Source: Glaucostegus cemiculus (Eukaryota). From it: 64,000 nt of DNA. Of the stretch, positions 13,013-23,770 are shown piece by piece. The DNA is taken from NCBI GenBank assembly GCA_976551045.1, contig CDPCPM010000037.1:9610001-9674000 (forward strand), given 5' to 3'. The position numbers and the translations under genes are program-made. The notes beneath the pieces are model-generated. The model was not told where the DNA came from. It did no database searches and worked only from the letters and a program-made list of their open reading frames with translations. The first letter of the stretch is position 1; every line of letters begins with the position of its first letter.

Positions 13013-14997
13013 ACGAACGATCCTTAAAGCTAAGTTTCTGTTCTTCCACCATACAATAATTTGGGTGGGGGCTCATAAGATAAGCTCAAAAACTTCCCAA
13101 CAAAGAAAGACAAAATACAAAGCAGTAGCTAGCTAATATCATAGCCAGTTGGAATCATTGTACATGTAAATATCATGCCATCTGATCTTAGATGAACATT
13201 TTTTTATCTTGGTGCCTCCAATGTTCTCTTCCACTCTTTGTAAAGAAAGCTAACTTTGTAAAATAATAGTTAAAACAGATATTACTAAAAAAAAATGACA
13301 TCAAATGGTATTCTGAAGTGACATTTTTAATTGAATTATAACCAGTTAAAAAGTGATTGCCATCAGCTATTTACATTGACTGTTTACATCAGTTCAATAT
13401 CATGTAGTTTCCATGCTTTGATAGTATATAACAGGAGACTTAAAACCAAAGGTTGTCAAATTTGGGGATTTATAGCATTTTTATTCTGCTTTTGTTTTTA
13501 GGAAGGTAACTATATCATCTGAACCAACTCCACATATTTACCTTATTGGTAAAATTTAGGTGGATATTTGAGGAATATAAACAAGGACTTTGTTTGAATC
13601 ACTGATTATGGTCTCAGTTGAAGAACTGGGTATTAATGGTTGTATATTCTAAATGAAAATATAATTTGGAGGTAAATTGCTATCTTTTAAAGTTGGTCAA
13701 GATTTAACATATTTTCTCTCTTTGTTTATAGTCAGAACCTCAATAAAACCATGTGCCAATGTCCTTTGTTTTGATACACTCAGGAAATTTTTTAATCTGA
13801 TTTTTCATGTTGTGCTTGGGGAATAAACTGGCATACATATTTGTACAATTTTTTTAAAATGACATTCAGTGAATTTCAAACAATCTAGCCACAAAGTGAC
13901 TGTAGTCCCTAATCTGTCCATATTAGTTGATGCCAACTGCAGCTTTGTTTCAAAGAATCGAGATGTGGAAAGTTGGAATTTCTGATCTCGTGACAGACAG
14001 TTGCCACCTCTGACATAATCCTAGAATGAAGTAGCACTGTTGACCATTAAAGTTATTGGGGGTGGGGGCAGGCTTGGGGTGTGATTTCAAGGTGTTATGG
14101 TAGGAGAGAGATTGAGGAAGTTCCTCTGTTAACTGTTTTATCTGAAATAGTGGTATGTGTCTCTGAACATATTGTGTTGAAGATGGAGAGTGGTCATCAT
14201 GAATGCTGTTCTGTGCTGGAATAAGTTAAGAGGACAAGAAAATTTGAGAACTGGAGACATAAGGGAACAACAGTTCTTTTGTGAAGGGAAGAAAATGTGG
14301 CATTTGAGGAAGTGATTGTCTGTTTCTAAGATGCATATGAATAAACATAGATTTTACTTTTTGCCCTAAGAATTTAATTTGTCTATTATTTTCAGCTTAT
14401 ATAAAATTCACTAGCAACTGCCTTTTGATATATAAAAATATAAAGACTTCTGATGGAACATGTTTCTGGACTCCCCAGATGGAGTGAACTCAGTGGGGGA
14501 GGGGGGAGGAGTATACTATTTGTAAAGAGGATGTACAATTCTAAGTTTGCTATGCTGTTTTCATATCATTTTGTTTTTGACCTTTGATTTTAAAATTGGA
14601 ATACACTGAAATTATTGCTAATAAATTTCAGACTTCTTTACAATGGAACTTTGACACTGATTTCTTTGAGAATCTTTTTTGTTTGGGTATCGGCAAATAA
14701 CATTAAGGATCTTTGTTAATGTAAGTTACTTATTTTCTCAGGACAATTTATGACCATTTGACAAATACCTCTTCAACTCAGATTATTGTTGGGAAGAAAA
14801 TTATAATTTTAAAGTTTTTTTTTACTTTATGAAAATGATTTAAGTACTGGTAGATGGGTACTATTGGTTTAAAATATGTTCTACCATTAATGTTAAGTAC
14901 TTAGAAAATATTTTCAACTGCATTTAGATAACATGGATGCCATTGGAACCATTAATAAACCACAATCCATTTTTTTAAAAGGTACCATTCTGCGTTA

Positions 14998-15075
14998 AGA
15001 CAGAAAATGCCGGTAATACTTAGCAGACCAGGCAGCATCTGTGGAGAGAGAAGCAGATTTGACTTTTCAGATCCT
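14998..15075 (-). mobile_element. Penelope-like element terminal fragment
   Basis: cagaaaatgccggtaatacttagcagaccaggcagcatctgtggagagag. Related short copies at about 25340-25410, 26895-26940, 37810-37860, 41160-41240, 52600-52690 and 63505-63585. Confidence 0.6.
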
Positions 15076-16139
15076 ATGATTTTTTTCATCATTTTCATAT
15101 GGCTGTAGAATTGGAATTTCTTTGTTGAAATTAGTTATGTTCAGATTCTAACGACAAGAATGTTTCCATATATTCAAAAAAATTGTGACAATGATATAAT
15201 TGTCGTCACATTTACTATGAATATATATATCCATATTTCATTGTTTCAAAGTTGTTAGTTAACATGACTTTTTCATTAAAATAAGCCTTGTTAAAAATTG
15301 TGGTTTAGTCATGAAACTTTGTCAGCCCATCATCTGTTTATATAATTGGAGATGTTAACCACTTGTTTAACCGAATTATGCAATTCAAGGATATGATCTC
15401 AAATAGTGTAACTTTAGACTGTCTGATGTATTGTCACTTGTGAGCGCCAACCTGCGCCAGTGTTGGGCTTTCATGTTGAATTGAATGGCTCAATGCTTTA
15501 TTTCAAGCTTCATCTTTTCATAATCACATGAAGATGCTTGAACCTGCAACTCTTCTGCCACCTTCACTCAGATGTGGCATGTCACCTGTCTCAAGTTAAC
15601 TGAGCCTCAACAGTGTGAGCCTCAGCATCACTTTCCTCCTCTGTCAGTTGCAACCTCCTGGTGCAACAAAATGGATGACTTCCCACCACCATCTCGGAAA
15701 GTAGTGCTGGCCCAGGCGGGAGGCGCAGGGATAACCCAGCTGCTGAATCAGGCTGTGCGCTGGGCCCTGCGACCGCACGCCAAGCAGATGGAGGCGCCAG
15801 ATGCCCTAGTCCGCACCTGCGCAGTCGCCTGCCCCGCCGGCAACTGAAGGGCCGGGTGAGACGTAGCGCCCCCTCCTGGCCGCCCGAAGAGCCTCGTTCT
15901 CACAACGCCTGGCCACAACTCTCGCGAGAATGCACTGAGGGTGCTGATGCAACATGAACTATTCCCATTGTTACACCAAAGCCCCCCCTTGTCAACCACC
16001 CCCGGCAGGAATGGGACTGCTAATGGTGGGCAATAACCTCGAAGTTTGGAGGAATTGCCCTGAAAGTAATGCTCAACTCTGCTCTCTATTGGACAATAGT
16101 CCCCCTATGCAAATAAAGCACGCACGTCACTTCCGTTCT

Positions 16140-16384
16140 TTCTCGGTCGCCATTTTGGCCAGGGAAGGCTCTGTGAATTATTGTCGGCGAGGCTGGGTGT
16201 TCGCCCCCCGTCCCCCTCGCCGCTCGCCCCTCACAAACTTGCCGCGCCCCCCAAAAAAAGTTCGCTCGCTCGCCTCGAGGTTTTTCTTTCTTTTTCAAAA
16301 TCCGGGCAGCCGCTGAGGTCCGGCGGCGCCCAGTCGTCTTTTGTTTGCCCCCCTTCTCCTCCCTCCCGCCCGCCCCCCTCCTCC

Positions 16385-16415
<31 letters not shown>

Positions 16416-16625
16416 GCCCGCTGAGGAAACAGCTCCCTCTCTCCGCGGCCGCTGGAAGCACCGCCGCCCGGGCTGGCGCTCCGGACACTGAAGCGGCGGC
16501 GGCAGCGCGGAGGGAGGCCCTTTGTTTGCGGCTCCGCGCTTCTTCTCACTGCTGCCGCTCCGGCCGGCCGGCCGGCTCCCGCTCACCTCCGCCGGCCAGA
16601 CCAAATCAGAAACAAAAACCACAAG
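16140..16625 (+). other. ADNP: ADNP non-coding exon 1 (5' end approximate)
   Basis: GC-rich, ATG-free stretch ending in the strong donor AAG|gtgag at the CpG-island edge. TSS inferred near the ETS/YY1 motifs. Confidence 0.7.
16386..16412. repeat. (CT)n microsatellite in the ADNP leader
   Basis: Dinucleotide run seen directly. Confidence 0.95.
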
Positions 16626-19600
16626 GTGAGGACGTTTCTCTTTTTTTTTCCTTCTTAACAAGTTTTATCTACATCTACCCAAAAAAAAACCCGAGATTTT
16701 TTTCTCTCTCTCTGCGAACACAAAATAGTCCAAAAGAGGAGAAAGAAAAACCCCACACCGATTGTAAAATGGGTTTAGGGGGGGAAAAGCTGGAGCAGTA
16801 TGTGTGTGATGCATGCAAGTAGTTCTTTATCTTCAGCAATTGGCACTTTATTTGTGGACAAAGATGAATCGAGCTAAGGTAGAGATCCAGCTGCAACGAT
16901 TGCTTTATCCTATTTTGTATGCTGCCTATTCGCATGATTTAAAAAATGCATTAACGCCCGGATTTTTGATTAATTTGCCAAATGCACAGTTTCTTAGCAA
17001 ACACCAGTTGTACTAATCAATCATTTATAATTGTCAATCATTTGTGTGTTTACTGTACTTCAAAGTTAGGTGGGGATTCAGATATTGGTATAATTTACTA
17101 TGTATCGATTTGATGTATATATGATAGGTCAAGTCACCCAATCGATGTTAGTGTTACCTTTCTTAATCGTGGATTACAATATTACCTAAAAGTCTTTCTC
17201 AAAGCTGGATGGATAAGGTATTTTAGGTTTTTTTAAAGGAGGCTCCTGTGTTTCGAGGTTGTTTGATCTATGGCTAAATTAGTTCATTTTATTTCGAGCT
17301 CCCTCAAAATCAGCGCTATTCTAAACATTCAAAATACAAAATAGTAATTGTTACCGGTTATTCTCTGTGAGGCATCAGTCGTGATTCTGATCGAACATTT
17401 GTTTACACGTTTGCTCAATACCTTTTCTAGTGCTCTATGGTCTTTAGACAGCATGTTCAACCAATCCAGACAGCAAGGAACGCCCTAGACAGAAGACGGG
17501 GTGGATGGAAACTGTGATTTAATTTATTTGTTAATTTACATATAAGTATTCACGTGAGTTCACTCGGTGACAGTTCTGCATATTTTATGATGTTGATAAT
17601 ATTAGGGATGGGATAAGTTGACGATGATAATGTTAAAATGTGCACCTCTGGACTGGTTGCCGGCTGTGACGTTGCTGTAAAATGGCGCGAGTACTGCTCC
17701 ACTGCAGACATGAATAGATCTAGGGATCCCCAGTTTTGTAATTGCTTAAGTAGAATTGTTTAGCACGTGTTCTTTGGAGAAATCTTATCGTGATCCAACC
17801 GTTATCAGGTCCAGAATGATGCAGAACACAGGACCAGTGTTCAGGAAAAGGCATTTAGAACTGTTAAGCATCAAATAAAATAGTTCATTTTTCTTCTGGT
17901 TCTTGTGTTGTTTTCAAATCTATTTCAGCTTATAGTGTTTTCTGTGTAAGCTGATGGCAAAACAATTTTCCCATTCTTGCGTGCATAGCCGCCCCCACCC
18001 ATGTTGTAATGCAGCCATGCAGAAAATGAAAATCAATACTGGGTGCAGCAGGAGGCGCTCTTCAGGAGCTGGTTTGGAGGCTCCAGATGCAGGATGAGGA
18101 GTGAGCAGGGAAAGAAATGCTGAGAGAGGAAAAGGTTGGCGCTCCCAGGACAGCGCCACCTGTAGCTTCAATGCCGAAAATGGTGACTGAATACTTTGGG
18201 TTGCATATAAAGCACAGTCTGACATGTGGATTGCAAGAATGCATTTAATTCAACAAGACCTCACCAGAAAACATTTTCACGTCCATTTTCAGGAATGCAT
18301 AGTGATTTACATATGATCAAGCTCCATATTGAATGTCCATATTATTGACACTTTGTCTTTGTATATCAGGATGCATTTGATGACAATCAATGCAAGGCAA
18401 AATATGCATTAGTGAAAAATGATGAGGGTGAAATTGAGTTTTTGGATATTACAGAATAACTGCTAGCTGTGATTTGTCAACTCAGTCAAGCTGTTTGGTT
18501 ACTCCCATTGCCCAATCAAAGAATGATCATGTAAGTTGGATGTTTCAAAAGATGTTTTGCACTTTTAAATTCATTGATGTAGTGATATATCAGCAGTAAT
18601 CAAATGTGTTCTGCCCCTGTATATTTGTGTGTACAGCAGGAGCAAAAATAATATTTTGATAGCCCATTACACTACTCTGTCAACTTAAATAAGAAACTTT
18701 GAGTTATTTATCAGGGAATCAACTAGTTTCAGGTAACAGTTTGGTTATCTATGTTTTGAACCTTGCAATCTATTTGTCAGATTTTTGTCATAAACCAATT
18801 TTGCAGAGTAATATGTGATCCTATCAAATATCTTGAATCTATTGTATTTGGTGTGGCTCTCTGGGAGAATGTGATGTATTAGAATTGTCCACCAAATATT
18901 AGAAATGCTAATGGTTTTTATAGTTTACCATTGGATCCTTTATCTAGGAAGTAAAATTTTATATAGAGATTTGGATTGTAAGTACATGTTTTGTGAATGC
19001 TAAGGTATAGCTGGATACCATTTATCTTCAGCCCAATTCAGTCTTTAGTAGCTATGAACATGGTTTTTGTTTTCCCCACCCACTTTTCACTCTACATTTC
19101 CAGAGCCGAGAGTTTCTGTGAGGAAGGTCTTTGTAGTTTTTTTTTAAGTTATACACTTCTATTTGTTTTGCGATAGGCTTTTCTCTTTTGCTTTTGTGGC
19201 TTGGGCTAAACTTTACTAGTTTGGCTTTTCGTATCTCAGCCAAATGGTTAATGAACTTGGTGATACAATTCTAAATCCAGTAACTTGCAAAGATTCATCT
19301 TATTGGCATCTTATAATCACTTTTCATGTACTTTCTAACAGAGATTGTTGGAAAGTAACTACCCCCACCCCTCAACCTTCAGGGTGAAATAATGGGAAAA
19401 GTTCCATTAATGCCTTATTGAGAATAGCTGACTGGTCATATGTTTGCCATCAAAATAATATGCCACTTTTCTGTATGTGTATACCTCAATCACACAAATT
19501 TACCAACAGAACTATTGTGTGGACTGAAGAGCTAATTCTTAAATTCCATGTATGCCTTATTTTTAACCACTGGACTACTGGCAGCCCAGGAAATTGCAAG

Positions 19601-21899
19601 GATCCTGGTTACTTTGTTGTTAAATTACAGTTTGTAATGGCAGAACAGATCTCAAATAAACAATTAAGAATCTATTCTGTTCGGTAAAAAATTACTGCTA
19701 ATTTTTTTCTACATTCTTCCCCCCCCATATTCTTCCCTTGTTTCTTTATTCAGTAACATTCTTTATTTTAACTCGATTTAAAACAGTGTAGGAATTTTGA
19801 GATGTGATTACTATTCAAAACCTTTTAATGACAACTGACTGAAGTGATAGGCTGAAACGAATTTGTGTATAACAATTGGGCATTAATTGGCTGCTGCCAG
19901 AGAAATCATATTGTTGACTCTTGAGATTTTCAACCATTAGATGTGGATATGACAGTGAAATTTCACCCTGACTAAAATAGTTAGTATACTCAGGATTGCA
20001 GAAATGAGCTTAATGGAAACAATTTTATGACCTCTGCTCTTTTAAATTTCAAAATTAAGCTCACTTATGTGAGTACTAAATTTCTGCTTAAATTATTTCT
20101 AACCTTTATCTTGGGCTCAGATAAAGACTTGGATTAAGTTTCCCTTGTGTACTATGCTTCCAGTGTTCTCCTGGAGCATTGTGGCAATCATCAGAAAATG
20201 ATACCCCTTTAAAATAAGACTTTGTGTTGGTTCTTTCACTTATGACAGGGAAGGATTACTGTAATATTTCCTGTATCAATGTTCTTCGGAGGAATGCAAG
20301 ATATGGTATTGTTGGCTTGTGAAGATGTATCAGTGTGAGTTTGTACAGATCTCAGATCAATGTTTGGTAGTGGAACTCAGTGTCAGTATAATCGTCAAAC
20401 TTTTCAAAAGTCTGTAAAAAAAAAAAATTGATCCCTTGAAGAAAAACTATTCCAGTGCAGATTGATTTATTATGTTGGCAACATTGTTCATGGGCAAAGG
20501 CTTTGTTTCCTTTTCAAATCTTAAAATTCTTAAAGGCTATATAACAAGTCCTGGCAATTAATATGGTTAGAATACAAAAAACTACATTTGTGAAAATAGG
20601 GGAAATACAGACGGAGTCCATTATTGGCTGCTGTTTGGCAATTGCATGGTTTGTAGTCTTTACCGGAAACTTTGGTAGAATTTAAAGTCCTCAAAAAGTA
20701 AGTTAGAGCTTATACTTTCTGCTGGCATTTTTTCAGTACATATAGTGATTGTCACTGTAAATTATTGAACTTGAGGTCAATACTTTAACTTCCTTGGAAG
20801 AAATTTAGTATTTTCATTGTTTTGTAAATGAGTGTCTAAAGATTTAAATTAGACATTTGTAGGAAAGCTTTACCTGCACTTAAAGTAATCAATTTTCATA
20901 TTCTGAGGAGGTGCTAATGTACATTTATTCCCAGAGATTTTGAAGACTTTATTAATTTGAGCATAATCTGCATGACAAATCACTATAAAGCATAAATCAA
21001 GAATGTAGGTGGATTGTAACATCTGAGTGTGCCACTGTGAAGCTTTCAATGACTGAAGTCCCTATTTTGATCCCTGCTTTACATTGCTTTATATTACACA
21101 AGGTGTTTAAAAGTTGCTCTAACTGCTTTAGAAAGGGGTGGGAAGATTTTTGGTTAAGTTTCTAATTCAATGCATTTACTCAGTTTACATGTATGGTAAA
21201 AGGTGAGATGGTGTTTAGCTTGTGTGTCTGCTCTTGATCCAATGAATCCTCAAGGAAAATGGCAGAAAATGGATCTTGGTGAGGTTAAAAACAACCTTTA
21301 CTCTAATAGTCCTGTGGTTTATTTCCTGACAAGCTGATCATCTGTCATGGTGCCAAAGGACTCCTTAACTTTTCTTTAATTAGTCCATTTGAGGTAGTGA
21401 CGTGGGCATCGGAAGAGACTGCATCTAGTCTGTGTGGCATTCAGGGAGAAAAGGTGTTAGGAACTAGCAACGATACCAGATGAATTAGGAATATGCTGGG
21501 ATAGGGAAGTGACATGGACATATCTGATAGATAACACCATATGCATTGTAAATATTTCTAACATGGCATACTTCTAAAGAAAACTACATTGACTTGGGGA
21601 GGAGAGAAGGTTGGGCCGTAGTGTGAAATCTGGAAATGGTCCAGCAAGTTCAAAACCTTGACCCTGTTGACTTGCATTATTTTAAATGATTTGTGTTAAA
21701 ATGCATTGTTTTTGAGGTTCAGTTGTAATGCTTTTGCAAATTGAATATATCACATTAGGTGCAAGTTGGTCAGTTTCAGATACTTGGTGCTGTGGAGCAG
21801 GAATTAAAGTGAAGCATTGATTCCTTGTGTGCTTGGGTTGCAATTACAGTGAAGGAATTTATAATTTGGAGCTCACATCAGGCTCTGACTACTTTCATA

Positions 21900-22700
21900 G
21901 AATAGACTCAGAAGACTTTTAACACTGAAGAAAGCAGTTTGGTCCATTGTTGTCCTGCGTAATTCCACCTTCTAGCACTAACTGGGTCATTTAGCCCTGC
22001 AGGTCGCAGCTCTTCAGGTACACATTTAAGTACTTGTTGATCGCGATGAGGGTTTTTCTATTCACCACCCTTGCAGAGAATGAGCCTAAACAAACCTTGG
22101 ATGATTTTTTTTCCCCCAGTGTCCAATATTTTGAATCTGTGCCCACTGGTTCTTGACCACTCTGCCAAGGTAAATGGGACTTTTCTATTTGCTCTATCTC
22201 TACCCTTCAGAATTATGTATATCTCAAGTAAGTCTCCCCTTGGCCTCCTATTCCAAAAACCTTATTTAACCTTTCCTTGGTTAAAATTTTCCAGTCCTGT
22301 CTATGTATTTGTTAGTTTTCTCTGCCGTCTAGTGCAATCGTGTCTTTCTTGTAATGTGATTAGAACTTTACATGGTACTCAAAACTGTGGTTCAACATAA
22401 CCTAGCAGTTCCCTGCTTTATATTCAGTTCTTCGGCTAATAAAGAAAATCATCACTTAAGCATTTTTGAACACTTTATTAACCTGTCCTGCTACCTTTAC
22501 AGATTTGTGGATGTAAGCTTCAAGATTCCTTTGTTCCACCACATCATTTTGTTCTCCCATTTGTGTTTTCCCCTTTCCCCATGCACTTCTCTGGATTAAA
22601 TTCCATTTACGACTTTTCTGCTCAATTGACCAGTTCACCACTATCTTCCTACAGTCTAAAATGTTCCTCCTTGCTGTTAGACACGTGGCTAGCTTTCATA
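21900..22700 (-). mobile_element. Degraded CR1 LINE fragment
   Basis: Minus-strand ORF remnant EQRNLEAYIHKSVKVAGQVNKVFKNA resembles CR1 ORF2 (QRDLGVxVHxSLKVxxQVxKVVKKA). Confidence 0.75.
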
Positions 22701-22948
22701 TCAGGCTGCCTATATTTTAAGTGTGAATTATTGTATATTATGAAAAAACACAAACAGTCCTGGTAATAGCCTTTTGGTTACAAAAACACATCAATTACCT
22801 TTTAAAGGCTCAGGTTAAAACATGTAAAAATGTACTCTATAGACTTGACAAAATTTAAGAGTTTGTGATACACATTTACTTATAAGCCCTTATCTATTTT
22901 AAATTATTAATCAATCAATGATACCTCTAAATTAAAAAAAAACAGCTA

Positions 22949-23036
22949 CAGGTTGTTCCTGGGTTATGAGCACCCTACTTAAGGATTTATGTCCATAAAA
23001 AGAAATGGAACCCATTCGTTACCTGGGGACAGCCTG
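22949..23036. mobile_element. Tc1/mariner (Tigger/pogo-like) MITE, 88 bp
   Basis: TA-flanked imperfect terminal inverted repeats: caggttgttcctgggttatga ... tcgttacctggggacagcctg. Confidence 0.7.
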
Positions 23037-23467
23037 TATATTAAAATCTGTGTCCTATATTGTTTGCATGTATACCTAGAATTTTGATTCATTTCTACAT
23101 GTGGCAAAACATTTGATTTTTTTTTTCTCCTTGGGGTATATGTGTGTGTAAGAGAGATTGTGGGGGGGTGTGGAGGAGGAGGAGAGGGATTAAATGGCCC
23201 AGTTACTTCATAATGAAAAAAATGTATGTCTAATTTATTTGTTGGCTTTTGCAACTGAGCTTGTCCCTAATCTACTTACTTTCTACAAAGTGGAACACAG
23301 ATTCTGCTTTACAGGCAAATCAAAGTTGATTTTTTTTTTGAACAGCTAACTGGCAAAGGAACTCCGACCGAAATAAGTCAAGTGGATCTGTAACTGCAAA
23401 GCCACTGGGATAGCATAAACTGCAGGAATTAAAATAATTAACTTCTGGGGTGTGGTTTAACCTAGTA

Positions 23468-23770
23468 CAGGTCATCTCTGGGTTACAAACACCTGCCTTA
23501 GGGATACCCCTGCATATGAATGAATTCCCATAATGTTAAATTTGAAAGTCTGGCATACATACTTGCATTTATTCCTATGAACAACAGAAGTAGTTTCCTT
23601 TTTTTCACTATTGGTAATTGTTCTTGTCAGTCTTTTGATATCATTCATTACAATATTGTGGCGGTATGCTTACCATGTTGTGTTTTTTTTGTGTATTTTC
23701 TGACGTATGGGCAAAATTGACCTGTGGATGTCTGTAAGAACGGAACCCGTTTGTTACCCAGGGACAGCCT
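23468..23770. mobile_element. Longer copy (about 300 bp) of the same MITE family
   Basis: TA-caggtcatctctgggttacaaacacc ... ggaacccgtttgttacccagggacagcct; both ends resemble those of 22949-23036. Confidence 0.65.

Larger units (their letters stand above)
15700..16630 (+). promoter_or_regulatory. ADNP: CpG island / ADNP promoter
   Basis: Main GC- and CpG-rich block in an AT-rich window. Contains a CTCF-like site (15865-15881), TCTCGCGAGA (15920-15929), reverse CCAAT (16088-16092), octamer ATGCAAAT (16107-16114), ETS-CRE cacgtcacttccg (16123-16135) and YY1-type cgccattttg (16148-16157). Confidence 0.9.

Noticed and set aside
12637-13059. 140-aa ORF
   Set aside because: Artefact of the N gap and adjacent microsatellite.
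15572-16935. Cluster of overlapping 83-213 aa ORFs on both strands
   Set aside because: These are stop-poor frames of a CpG island, with low-complexity translations of the (CT)n repeat, several non-ATG starts, and frames that run through the exon 1 donor.
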